Shown piece after piece: positions 1 to 13,160 of a DNA stretch of 64,000 bases. The notes under the pieces are model-generated. The model was not told the DNA's origin, made no database searches, and saw only the letters and a list, made by a program, of their open reading frames with translations. The stretch comes from Octopus vulgaris (Eukaryota), in contig OX597816.1 of assembly GCA_951406725.2 (NCBI GenBank), positions 91,822,001-91,886,000 of the forward strand. Direction: 5' to 3'. A program made the position numbers and the translations under genes. The stretch's first letter is position 1. The number at the start of each line of letters is the position of its first letter.

Positions 1-388
1 GTAAGTGATTGAGAGTTTTCAGATGTCTAGAAATTAGTGTGATAAAGTGTAGCAGGGCTAGATCCTTTGAATTAAGATACAATCCATCTGATGAGCTTTC
101 ACTCAAATTCTGTCTACTTGCTTTCACTCACAAGTCATGGTTTGACCCAAGGCTATAATACACAATGGAATTGAACCCTGGACCTTATGTTTGAGAAGTG
201 AACTTTTTAACCTTTTGGCTGTACTATGTCTACTATTGCAGTGTTAGTGTCAGGATATTAACTGCCACCTCTAACCTGATTGTCTTGGTACTTATATGGC
301 TATCCCCACTTTCGGAAAGGATATTTCTTGACTTCCTATGAAAATAATCCAACTCTTTTCTTTAGAATAATAGTCTTTTGAAATGGAG

Positions 389-966
389 CTGGGTTTTTTT
401 GTCAGGAATGATGAAAGAATGATGTGAATTCTCAATGTTGTTCTAAGAATGAAGATGATGAAGTGAGGATTAAGTTTATTCATAACAATCTGCAGTATAA
501 GACTGGATTATTTTATCTTTATCTTCTTTCTTGCCATTTTGCAAAGCTACATACTTGGACATGTAATCTTATAAATTTGAAAATTGCAAATATTTTTGGG
601 TTGCTTTTTTAAAATTTGTTATATTATCTTCTTTATATATTCATTCATTTGTATGTCAAGGCTTTCTTTGTAAAGAACTTCTTCACTGTAAAAGTTTTTC
701 ATCATGCTGTTTGTTTAGTTTATTTCATAGTCAGTTTATCCTACCTAGACTATTGTTGTTATATCTTCCTATGAGGTTTGGTAACATTAAGTAGTGGTTA
801 GCTAATGTAGGAGTTATATCTATCATACCAATCTTTGGATGGATCTGTCTAGTTTCTCCTCTTATTTATATTGCAGATTGTTATGAATAAACTCAATCCT
901 CACTTCATCATCTTCATTTTTAGAACAACATTGAGAATTCACATCATTCCTGACAAAAAACTCCAG
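389..966. repeat. Inverted repeat, arms about 389-500 and 866-966, about 365-nt spacer
   Basis: The same peptide NSQCCSKNEDDEVRI(K/E)FIHNNLQYK appears in ORF 424+ and ORF 862-; the arms are near-identical reverse complements. Confidence 0.92.
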
Positions 967-2367
967 ATAACTTTTACATGCAGCAGTTCTGCTTCTGGTG
1001 AAAATATTAAAAGCAGTTTGTGACCATAGATATATTAGCAAACAGGGTTCTATTTTGTGTGAGTACCTAATTGTAACTATGATTCTAAACCAGATCAAGG
1101 CAAAATATAGAGCTTTACTTGCAAAATCAAAAGGTCCTGATCAAGGAAAGGAACTACAAGACCATTTGTGATCTGTTTTCTCAAATTGTATTCTCTCTCA
1201 TTCACAACATTACCTTAACTGCCTATCAATAGGATGATGTCTAATCACATCATGTGGTGTCATGAGTTGGGATGTGAATTGGATTTAAGTGAGGGAGAGT
1301 TGCCTAAAACCAGCTTCACTTTTCATTCAGGCTTGCCTTGATCCTGTGGCAAGATGATGTCAAGATAGTTGGAGGCATATTTAGATGAGGTGGATGACCA
1401 AGACTTCGAGAGTGTCTTGTCCTTTTAGCATTCTACAGTGCTTGTTAAAATCATCTGTTTGACTGTTGGACTCATTGTTGCTTTTGCCTTCTTAGTCTGC
1501 TGGAATTAGTTTTCATATTCAAGAGTAAACACATTCTATCTCACCAAGGGTTTGAGACCTGAATGACTACTCTCATATAGTTTTGTCAAAGCAATTTACT
1601 GGGATGAAGCTGTTCCTCGTGCTGCAGTTCCTTTGAGTCACAGGTGAGAACCTGATGCCTCTCAGAGATCAAAGTAAGTAGCTTATTCATAAAGGAACTA
1701 GCCATCTCTTCCAACAGAGATGCTGTCTTTCTCTGAAAACACTACATCTCCACAATATTTAGTATATTTACAATAACTGCCTAAAGTATGTCCTATATTA
1801 GATTATAAGTATATTTATCTCTAGTTTCACATTTACATGCTTATGTTATCTATTTCATTCATGTATGTCTATAAGCTTGAATACATATGGGCAAGTATAT
1901 ATATTTATATATGCTTTAAGAAACTTATATTGATACAATATTGTGTATAGTTTTTGCAGAAGTGAAGATATAACTGGCTGCTTCAAGTATACTCCATATG
2001 ATTTGCATATTCAAAAACATGTAACTAACCTAAGTAGAGCAGGCAATGTAAGAATGTTAGTGACATTGCCCTATTTGGTTTTACAATCAAGTCTAAGTTT
2101 GTACAATCCACATTACATATACCCAAATCAACAGTATTTGCTCCTTTTCAAACTCTACACATGTTAGTGTATCAATGATTATAGCATGCATATATGTGTG
2201 TTCTTGTACATATGTATTCACATCTATATGAGTCTATATAGACGTAGGTATAAATGATGTGTATTTGAGTGTATATATATGTATGCAAAGTTGTAAATGA
2301 ACATGCAACTTTTGAAAAAATATCTGCAATATCTTGCTCCAATAGTTTCATTAAATTCCTGAAGCCA

Positions 2368-5300
2368 TACTACTACTATTACTGCTGCTGTTTTCCTCTA
2401 CCAACTATAAAATCATTAATAAGAGCGTCTGTTAATTACAGACTTCAACAGCTTGAACTTGGGCAGGTCAATTCCTGGAAGAAAAATTTATGTAAGGTAG
2501 AGTAAACTACAAAATTGCATTTCCTCTAAGAAAGTATTTGGTAAAATTTAACTGGGAATATTGGTCTTGGCTCATAGGCTTAACTAGTGAGATCAATGCA
2601 TCTGATGTTTTACAAGCCAATGTGCGCAAGGAAATCATGAACAGTATGTGCCACAGTGTTGCAGTTCTTGCATGGAAACATTTAGCTAAGTATTTAGTAT
2701 GTAGTCTAGGAAAGGACAAGACACAACGGAGAAGAGAGGTGGGTGATATACTTCTAGGTAATTGAGATGAACAGAAACTTAGACTAGCAACAATTTGGTT
2801 TGTGGTTTAGTGTGTTAGTCATTAATGGTCTTCCTATCTGTAAGATGGTTTATTATTTTTTTAATACCCCCTAGAATGTTTTGTGTGGAGTAGCTGTACT
2901 ATCTCAGCATTTTGAAGTAATTTAATTGAATGAGAAGGAGGTGCTCTTAACCCTTACAGGCTCTCTCATGCTGATGAGATTAGTTTCTTTGAATTTTTGT
3001 TGATTGATACCTGTAAGGAGGGAAAGACAGCTGTAGTTACGAGGAGAATGAGTGAGTTTAAATGTTTAGTTTGGAGTGATATGATATGTATGAGAAGAAG
3101 CAGGTGAATAGCATGTTGAGTCTTGCCAGTCAGCTAGATGGCCTGGTTTTGAATGTAGTTTCCAATATCTGTGTTTGTGTGTACCGCAGTAGCACTGTTC
3201 TGTTTATGTGAGTATTTCAATGTGGTTCTTGATATTGTTGATCAGAGTTGAAGTATTTTCTGGCTTTGGAGAGTGATTTTAGGGGTGCTGTCGTGATTGT
3301 ATTATAAATGTGCATCCTCTGTGAAAGATCTGAGATTGTGAGGCCTAGCATTTGTAGTGGGTTTAGTTGTATGTTGTTCATATGTAGAAAGAGTTTAGTG
3401 CATGTAATAATTGTGTCATGGGATTAGTGTCACATCCTCCTTTCTTCATAGAAGCAGTAAATATTCAATGGGAGGTCACAGTTTCATTGAATAATTCCTA
3501 TTGCAGTAAGGAGTGAAACGATGTGGCTAGACGTAACAAATAGATCATTTATATACAAAAAACTGTGTCAGTACTTAACCTTGAGGTCCCCTAGAACTGG
3601 CAGAATGTCGATCAGTGAATGCTCTGTTAATACATGTTGAGGAGACGGAATGGTTTGACATGAAACACCCTATTCAAAAAAGGAGACACAGACAATAAGT
3701 GGGAAGTTTTGCAAGGGGATTCTCATTTGCAGATGCAATCAAAGGCTTTGCTTATGTCAAAAGCATCAACATTGTTTTTTATCAAGAGCAAAAGACTATC
3801 AGTATGTGCTATAGAACACAAAACTCCATTAAACTAGCTTTAGAGAAACTGATTGTCACTGAGAAAGTGGAGATATTAGAAATGAGGGGGACATAATGAT
3901 TGTTGGCAGGGCCAGGGAGGTTGTGCTTCTTGGAAAAACAACTGTTATGCATTTCCATAGATCTGGTTATCTGTTGGGAGACAAATACTGAAGATTCTTG
4001 CAAGAATAGGAACTAGCTCTGGAACACACTGAAGGTAATGGAATGGATACCATTTTGACTAATTTTTTTAGATTGGAGAAACAGAAAAAAATTTTAACAC
4101 TTGGCAACTATATGTAATATGTATGAAGTGTAGATAGAAAATTTTGGGAAACTTTTGTAGAGTCTTTTGTAGAAGGAATTGAAAAACATGCAGCACACGC
4201 AGGCCTTTTGTCTGCAGGAATTCTGTTTGTAGAGCCATCTGTTTGAAGAGTGTTGGGTGGTGGATAGGCGAATTCTGTTAAATTGGGAAATCTCTGCTAC
4301 ATTAGTCCAGATTCTTTTGGCAAAGGACCTGGATGCTTGGTTACTATTTCAGTAGTGTGGTGGCTTTACATGCTGTAAGGTGTTCAAAGACATCCTTTGC
4401 TTTTTTTAATGGTTGTCATGTTGGTGTTGTGGTAGATGAACACTGCCAAGTTGGTTAATGCAAATGGATTTCTGCTGGTGTTGTAGATAATATTTCTTAC
4501 CTGTACAGTGACCGAACATTTATGAGCAAGCCATTTTGTTCATGAGATTGATTATTCATTTGCTTTCCCCTTCATCCAGAGTGTTGGGGGGGGGGGTAGT
4601 CATTGGTTTTGTAACTGATATAAAACAAGATGTGTAAAAGTATGGTAATAATGGATTGTTGTGAGGTAGGTTACCTTGATTAGACAGTAATCAGATAATC
4701 TGATAGGTGCAGAGGCAGTGATGTTTGTGTTTCAGTTGTGCTTGTAGCTAAAAATGAATTCAAGATGTTTATAGAGTTAGTGTTTCAGTTAAGGATATGG
4801 GTAGATGAAGAGACTAACTAGAGTTGGTAGTTCAGCATAGCAAATAGCTTGGCCTCTGTGACAGCAATGTTAGTGAAGCAAGGGCATAAAAACCAAGATG
4901 TATGTAATGAAATCATCAAGAAGATGACTTCTGAGAGAGTTCAGTTGAGATAGATGTCATCAACATTAGGATGAGAGGTAGTCAAGCCAATTACTGGTGT
5001 ATGGAGAAGATTAGAAATTGGTGGGACAGTATTGAGCTTAGTGGGATGGTGGGGAGTCTGATTTTTTTTTTCTTTTGTGTCTTATTAACTTAAAGTTGCT
5101 AATGTATAACTCAGAAAAGTTACTAATTGGGTGAGTAAATTCTAAGTGTAGCTGGTGTTGAGCTAGTAGTTGGAATACAGGGTTATAGTCTTCTATAGCA
5201 GAAGAGTATAGGTGAACTACAAGTACTACTCTAAAGTAGGTCACACATGGTCTTGTACAGATATGGTCAACAATTGTTCAGTATTGTTGGGTTTTCCTTA
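2368..5300 (-). mobile_element. Decayed non-LTR retrotransposon (CR1/L2/Jockey-group LINE); 5' boundary approximate
   Basis: Minus-strand remnants in the expected order: FDISKAFDCI (about 3735-3765), RGPQG*VL..LYINDL (about 3543-3595), FTEDAHLY (YADD-like, about 3305-3330) and C-terminal PRLHTKYLAKCFHARTATLW (ORF 2507-2719). Many stops and frameshifts. Confidence 0.7.
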
Positions 5301-6732
5301 ATCAGATACTTTCATCAATGACTAATTAATCCTATTAGTTTCAGGACAGTGCATGATCAAATTTTATTCATAATAGGATTTTAAGTTCATTTCTGTTTGA
5401 GAACTGAACAATTATAAATGTGCTTCTGCTGTTTACTGTGGTGAGCTGCACTTACTTATAGCCACTTGGTGAGAGTCAGATGCCTTGGAATTAGACAAAA
5501 AGCAATATTTGTGATGGAACACAAACTGAACCTTTTCTAATAATTTTCATGTTAGTATACTTCCAAATATACTTACGTTTTTATACATATCTGCTTTCAA
5601 ATAAATTCATTTAGCTACTTCAAAATGCAGTGAAAGCTACCTATGATCATTTTAGGATGTGGCCTCTTAAATAGCAAATAACCAGATGATAACATTTATC
5701 AGTAATATAACAATATCCTGAATATGTTTGGAACCCCCTAATTTTGATAACAATTATTGATACTGTTATCTATGATTAATAAGCTGCTGCTATTATACTC
5801 TCAGGTCACTGTGTTGTTGGTAAACTTCCGAGTATGCTCATTTCAGTAATTAAAAAATTCAGTGAAAAATGTCTGAAATTAAAAAAAAAAACAACTTTTT
5901 TTTTTCAAATTTCCAGAAGTTCACTTTTAAAATTATTTGAATCTAATCTAATTCTGTGACTAATATGACTAATTGCAAATGGATTAAACAAATATTGATT
6001 ATATTTGATGATAAAGTCTTTATGAGCTAGCAGATAGGAGATATTGAAACTGCTACCATCTGTGTATTACATTCTCCCCTAATAAAATTTCTTTTTCCGT
6101 ATATCTTAAATGTCTGAACAAAAAATTAGTGTTTTAAGTAGGGTCGGAACATTGAAATAATAAAATTATAGTTAGGTATTATAAAAATATTAATTTCAAG
6201 CATATATTCCAATATTTTTTATACACATACACACATATACAGAGAGAGAGAGAGAGAGAGAAATAGACTGAGTTGTAAATGTAACCATAGTGTTTCGGTA
6301 GTCTGATGAGTTAGCTTTCTTTGTTTGCATTAATTTGTGAATATACAATTGTATAATGCCGAGCATATACATATTAATGCAAATGTACATATAATTTTCA
6401 TATACTAAAGGTAATGCTACATGAAGAAGGTCGTGAAATGGCTGTAATCATATGGAAGTCATGGAAAAATAATCTATCTTGATTTGTCATACCTGACTTT
6501 TATGCTTTACATATATATTCTTAACAGTATTTAGTTTTTATGTATTTACTTTTTTGTTTATCAACATAGCAAAGTACTTTTGCAATGTATGCGCTATGTC
6601 TATTTTTGTTGTAGATTTTGGAGTATGTTAATGGCTAGTTGTGATAAATATCTTCAGAATGTTCTTAAGAAATTTATATTTTATAACCTCTTTTTTATTG
6701 TAACTAGATGTCTGTATTTTAGCACAATATTT

Positions 6733-7062
6733 ATTTCTTTGTTGCCCACAGGAGGCTAAACATAGAAGGGACAAACAAGGGCAGACAAAGGGTTTAAGTC
6801 GATTACATTGGTGGAATTTGAACTCAGAACGTAAAGACAGATGAAATACCTATTTCTTTACTACCCATAAGGGACTAATAACAGAGAGAGGACAAACAAG
6901 GACAGACAAACGGATTAAGTCGATTATATTGACCCCAGTGCATAACTGGTACTTATTTAATCGACCCCAAAAGGATGAAAAGCAAAGTTGACCTCGACGA
7001 AATTTGAACTCAGAACGTAGTGGCAGATGAAATACGTGCTAACATTTCTGCCAGCTCGCCAC
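6733..7062 (-). mobile_element. tRNA-derived SINE (Meta/MESC-like central domain): one near-complete copy plus an internally deleted tandem copy
   Basis: Reverse strand reads GGCGAGCTGGCAGAAATGTTAGCA...GAGTTCAAATT (A/B-box-like), then CTTTTCATCCTTTTGGGGTCGATTAAATAAGTACCAG. Flanking direct repeat TTAGCACAATATT at 6719-6731 and 7090-7102 (TSD). Related copies near 10000-10130 (-), 11570-11710 (+), 44823-45030 (+). Confidence 0.82.
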
Positions 7063-9696
7063 CCTATTGTGCTAATTAAATAAATTTAATTAGCACAATA
7101 TTAAATCTATTTTAATATGATGTTAAAACATTAGAAACATATTTCATATCCTGAAGTAGTTATCTTTCTTTTTCTTAGAGATAGGGTACATCTTCAATAT
7201 TTCAGGGAGTTCTGTCATCTAAACCAAATTGGTCTTATGCCTTGATCTTTATTTGTTAAGTTAATCAACAATACCCCATCCATATCTTTCAAAATAGTTT
7301 TACTTTATTGTCCTCTGTTACCATACCCATTTCTTCAATTCTTTTTCATGTGGCTCTGATTTTTATTAAGAATATCAGAATACTCAAATAATTATTATCA
7401 TTATATCTCCTATAATTCTGTTGTTATTTAAAACATCAACTGCTATTTAAACATCAAAATAATTAAAGCAATTAACCACTTTCACCTTCTCATATCTTCT
7501 TTCTTAAAAATTGCAAGCTGGTTTGTAATTTTGATTGTTTTAGAAACATCTTTAAGTCTTCTTGCCCAGAGAATATGTTTGTGAAACAGTCAACATATGA
7601 ACTCTTTCTTATGTAACAAATTCCAAGACAGTTTGAGTAGTACAAAATCTTTGTAGATGATTAAAAAAAAAGAAGCAGCACAAGACCACATGCTAAATTT
7701 TCATAACTCAATCATTTGGGATGATTATGAAAATAATTTTTTAAAACCAAATATGTTCTGTGTTCAATCAAGACAAACAGTCACTTCTCAGTACTTTTGA
7801 GATAACAAAGATCTGTTAGCCTATCTGTAACTAGCCCTATTTTGTCAGTTACTAAGGTATTTAACTCTTAAAAAACCTACTCAATCCACTTAACTATCAG
7901 TAAGACCCATGGGACTTCAAATTGTAAGCATGCTATAGTTGATGAGTGTTTCTTGTGTTTGTAGCTGAATTCAAAGCCTACATGAAATTTTTAGTCGTGT
8001 CCCAATTATTCAATATATTCTCTATTTACTTTTAATTTTTAGTTTTTTTTTTCTCCATAGATTGTTTCATTTCATACACAATTTCACCAATGCACGCATC
8101 TGTTGGATATTTACCAAAATTTGAAGAGTTGCAATTTTGCTTTTAATGGTTTTGCCAGAGAAAGAAGGTCAATAGTGCCTATGACTTTTGCAAAGACTGG
8201 ATGGGAGAAAAGACGGAAGAAACCATGACTCATGGATTACCCAAAGACTGGAGACCTGATCTGAATGCTTGCAATAATAGTACCCAAGGGTTTGGTCGCT
8301 TGGTGGTGGTAGGTCTACCACACAAAGTTGCTGACCTGTAGGTGCTAATTTATCAACTCAAGGATTAAAATTTTAAACTGATGACTGGCATTATAAATCT
8401 GGTAAAGACACTTAGTTTTCACTGGCTCAATCCAAGAAGCTGTAAATAAGTAACATAAGGAGGTATGTTTTGATACCACAAAATTTAATGAGTATTTTGT
8501 TAGAACACATAGTTTTACTTGAATTCTTGTATGTAAATCACTCTAGTGGATTCCACCTTGAAATATATTACATAATAACAACTCATTAATTATTAGGGAA
8601 AACTTGTTTATATTTTAGCTTCATTCCTTATTCTAACTATTCGACTTTAATGATATTTGATGATGTGCATTTAGTGTAGCATGTTTTAAATTTAGAATTT
8701 TAGTCATTATTATTATTATTTTTTTTGCCTTAGTAGCCACTCTCTAAACTTAATATAATTCTGAGTTAGAGAGGTCACTGTGAATATACTTTGGTGGTTT
8801 GCATTCTCATGGAAAGCACAAATCTTAACAATTTCAGATCAGTAATGACATTTGTGCTTTCCTGAAGAGGATTAGTGATTTATGTATAATCAAATAGCTA
8901 TAACAAAAAATTGAAACTAGGTTATGGACTTGTTAACATACCTTCCATTCTATAGTTCTTCTCATTGAATAAGATATGAACCAAACCAATATTCTATACT
9001 ATTTATTTTATTAACTGTTATGAATGGTTGTTAGTTTTCATTTTGATAATATGTAACTAGTGATAGGAAGGCTATGCAACTGTGAAATTCATGCCAAAAA
9101 TGAATGAATGAATGAATTAAAGAAGCATGGACTTTGCAATCTGTATGCAAGCAATTCACTGGGGAAAGTAGAAACTATGATGAAATTATGCTGGATTGTG
9201 GTGACATTTTAGTTCTGCTATAAATTGCTCATTTGTTGCTGGTGGTTTGTAAAGTGATTGGAGATAAGAAAAGCCTTGGTTGTTAAAAACCATGCAAAGA
9301 AAAGGTTGGGACAAATATGCAACAAAGATGGGCAATTTTTCTCTGTTACTGTATGTGTCACATGACATAGGCCGTTGGAGTGTGGGAAGACAAAATAAGA
9401 TCCATCTAATCCATGATAGCATGTAAAATGATAATGATGTTAGCACCATTATTGTTATAACGTACACTTTTCCATGCTTACTTGGGTCAAATGAAACTTT
9501 GTTCATTCAAATTTTTCTACAGCTGGATACTTTTTTTGTTGCCAACTTTTTACCTGTTTCTAAACAAGGTAATAGCTTGCCTAGTCTATTGAACAGCTTG
9601 CACACTCTTTCACAAAGGATTGTAATAAACAAAGGACATTGTCTGTATGGGTGGTGACTCTCGTTTACAATTAGTGTGCTGTCAAGACAGAAGGAA

Positions 9697-9830
9697 CACA
9701 CACACACACACACTGGATTTCTTCCAGTTCCTGGCTACCAAATTCCACTCACAAAGTATTGGTCATCCTGTGGTTATAATAGAAGACACCAGCCAACAGT
9801 GCCCTGCAATGGGGACAAACTATAATATGC
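9697..9830 (-). mobile_element. SINE fragment next to a (CA)n tract
   Basis: Shares CAAATTCCACTCACAA..GGTC..CC....G.TATA with 105-160 and 31190-31235, so it is an interspersed family. Confidence 0.55.
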
Positions 9831-10473
9831 GTAGTTCTGAGGTGAACTTCTCAACTGTACCTCCAATCATTTGTATATTGACTAGGTTTGATATTTTGAT
9901 TATATTTCAATCATACATTAAGAAAGATGCCAAAAACACTAATGTGTAAAATTATTTCTAATTTAGAGGCACAAGGTCAATAGACTTGTAGGATGGAATA
10001 TAGTTGATTAAACTCACTGCTGTACTTGACTGGTACATTTTATCAACACTGAAGAGATGAACAAAAATTGACCCTGCTGAGATTTGAACTCTGCATATAA
10101 AGAACTAGAACAAATACTAATCTGCTTGCATACTACTTTGCTGGTATGTAAAATTAAACTGAATAAGACTGTAATTGAACAATGATTTTGTAGCCTTTCT
10201 GAGGCCTTTGTAGAAGTGAATGTTAATAGCGTACTGCTATATGAGTCTGATCAAGAATTAAGTGTATTTCAGTATGTATATTAATCTATGAATATTCCAT
10301 TCTCTGAACACCATACAATACTTGTGGAATTAGACACATTTTTTTTCTTTGATTTCTGTAGTGTTATGTTTTTGTGAGAGTAGTTTCTCAAACCTTTGCT
10401 CAACCCTCACTTTTGAAGAAAGTTTTTGTTTTTTAAAGACAGTATTGAACTAACAAAACTATTTCACAGTACT

Positions 10474-10620
10474 CATCATCATCATCATCGTTTAATGTCC
10501 GTTCTCCATGCTAGCATGGGTTGGACGGTTCAACTGGGGATCTGGGAAGCCAGAAGGCTGCACCAGGCTCCAGTCTTATCTGGCAATGTTTCTACAGCTG
10601 GATGCCCTTCCTAATGCCAA
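10474..10620 (-). mobile_element. (GAT)n-tailed SINE, 3' part
   Basis: (CAT)n-CGTTTAATGTCCG..CCATGCTAGCATGGGTTGGAC...CTACAGCTGGATGCCCTTCCTAATGCCAA; the family recurs more than 12 times in the window. Confidence 0.85.
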
Positions 10621-12231
10621 TGACTCTGACTCTTTATATTATATTCTAACCCTCTATATAACTTTTGAGCACAGTCTTGTCTTTTAATAGTGAAGTATTT
10701 TGGATATAGACATCATGTACTGTCAGTTAAAAGATGCATTTAACTTTTTGGTTGTTTTTTTTCTGGTACTCTACTAACTCATCCATACCTGTATTTTAGT
10801 TGCTAATAAATCTCTTATATTGATAAAATTACAACCACTCTTTTAATAGAAAAAAATTGTATACTTGCTACATTTTTTACAGAAAGATTTTTTCCCTGTG
10901 TTAAATGATGTTTACACATTTGATTTCCAATTTGTGTAATTTTTCTAATATGTCTAATTTGCCTTTGTATCCTTCATTCATCTAATGGTACTTCTAAATA
11001 AATTTAGAATAATACCAAGTGCTAAATGGAAGTATTAGAGTTTATGAAGAAATCAGGTATTATGTTCACTTCGCCATGTAAAAGTTCTCAGTTTATCATC
11101 TTCAACAATACTGAACAAATATGAAAGGATACTAGAATCAACATAATTTGGTAGATACTGAATTAAACTTATAATTTGGAGAAAGGTTTTTTTTCCTGAT
11201 ATGTCTGTAGAAAGTAGCATTACAAATATCTGAGCAACCTTTGTACTTGAAGAAGTATGAACAGAGATGTTAGGAAACTTTATCTCACAGTATAAGATGA
11301 ATATTTCACAGTAAATAAAGATTAGTTTTATGAATGATTCATGAAGTTGAAGTCTTTAGTAATAAAAGAATCTTGAAAGCTACATTTTGATAAAAATATA
11401 TTAAAATTGGAATTTATTAGAATTTTCCAGACAGTTCAGACTTTGATAATAGCTTTCTTTTAGTAAAAGTTACATATTCCAAACTAATTAAAAAGCAGCC
11501 TTCTTTATTGTAATACATCATATAGCTACACTTGTGAATGATAATCTCATTGGATATTGAACCCATTGAAGGCAGTGAGTTCTTAGAATGGTTGGCAGAA
11601 TACCTTGCTGTGTTTAGTTATGACCTTTTAAGTTCTGATCTTGATTGACTTTGTTGTTCATCCTTCTCTGTACTATGCACTCTCAAATATTGGAATTGAC
11701 TGATGTATGTCACTTGTGTATGGTGGTCCTGCTGTAATTGGCAGTTACCAGTCAATGTTTACCTGTGTACTACATCTGAGAGGACGTGCAGCATAACTGC
11801 CCATTATCATTGTGGTCTTATGAGAGGAGAATGCTGTAAGAAAGGTTGCATTTACTGGCAAGTCATTGATTTATTGCACACATCTTTAATAGTTGAAATG
11901 ATTTTGATATGATTGTCTATATTTGTGTATGTATTGTTATAATAATACACTATATGGTGGTGCCCCAGTATGACCGCAGCTTTAAAGCTGAAATATTTTA
12001 AAGATATTTGGAGATATAGTTGATGGTAAAGATAGACAAGGTAGGATGATGGACTGGATATTGTACAGTATTAATTTCAGTACCTCAATGATAATCTACA
12101 AAAATATATACAATAAATATACAATGTCCATTTCAGTTCACTACATAAAATTGAGCTCATAATTATTCAATTGAAATTAATAATAATCTGTATTTTCTGT
12201 TTTTTACAGGGAGTTGCTCTACTAAAGTAGT

Positions 12232-13160
12232 ATGAATCCCACACTAAGTCTTGAGCAGTTACTAACTGCTACTCAACAACAACAACAGTATGAAGACAAC
12301 GTTAGACAAATGCAATTAAGTACGCCACCACCCAGTCAGACCAGTGCCTTTTCTGAGCCAGAGTCACTCATTCCATCATTGTTATCTCAGCTTTTAGCTC
12401 CTCCATCACCTCCGTTAGTGTCTATGGCATCAGGTTCAATACCAGAGTGTTCAGAAGTTACAATGTCCACACAACATTTACAACCTTCCTATTCACAACC
12501 AGAGGAACCATCTGAAACATCCATTTCATCAACTGATCAGCCAGAATTAAAAATGCCCTCACTGTTAGAAACACCGGATTCATCTTCATTACTGTCTTCG
12601 TCTGATTCACTGACATCAACACCAATGCATCAGTCAGTTTCATCGTTAACATCACTGCTGTTATCATCATCGCCGCCACCAACAAGTAAACCTGAGGCTA
12701 CAGTTTCCTACTCAACTGCCTCATCTCAGTTATCAGGATTGTTATCAACAACTGTTCCTCAGTCTACAGATACTACACCAGTATCACTGCCATCATCATC
12801 AGTTACACTTGTGTCTACATCTACATCCTCACCGTCAGTAACATCTACATCGACAACTATAACAACAACTACTACAACAACAACAACCATATCGACATCA
12901 TCATCATCATCGTCACCAATTACTGTGCAATCACCAGAAGCAGCGATTGCCTCCATAATGTCTGCTTCGAGTCGTATGATATTGCAACATCAAGCTGCTG
13001 GACTTTTATCTCCTGCGGCCGCACAACAGTATTTGGAAATGATGCGGACACGAGCAACAAACTACGCCACAGCGACGACTGCAGTGCATCAAAAGTTACT
13101 TGATGATCTCAATGAAGAACTAGGGAAACTGGCTAATGATGGTGTTGAAGAGAGTGTCAG
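12232..13160 (+). CDS. SBNO: SBNO coding exon 1: long Ser/Thr/Pro/Gln-rich low-complexity N-terminus (exon starts 12210)
   Basis: 310-aa ORF; acceptor ttttacag|G at 12209/10; donor GTCAG|gtagat (phase 2) fits the next exon. Confidence 0.85.

Larger units (their letters stand above)
1..12209 (+). other. Probable 5'-UTR intron of the SBNO gene (may hide further non-coding exons)
   Basis: Window begins GTAAGT. Strong acceptor TTTTCTGTTTTTTACAG ends at 12209. An in-frame TAA at 12223-12225 precedes ATG 12232, so the upstream exon is non-coding. Confidence 0.6.

Noticed and set aside
8041-8480. Strong acceptor (T-tract CCATAG, 8060) as an extra UTR exon, and a WRPDLN peptide resembling Tc1/mariner SPDLN
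   Set aside because: No convincing partner donor and only one weak motif; cannot be supported without RNA-seq or a profile search.
12458-12956. Minus-strand ORFs rich in Val/Asp
   Set aside because: Antisense shadows of the poly-Thr/Ser exon.
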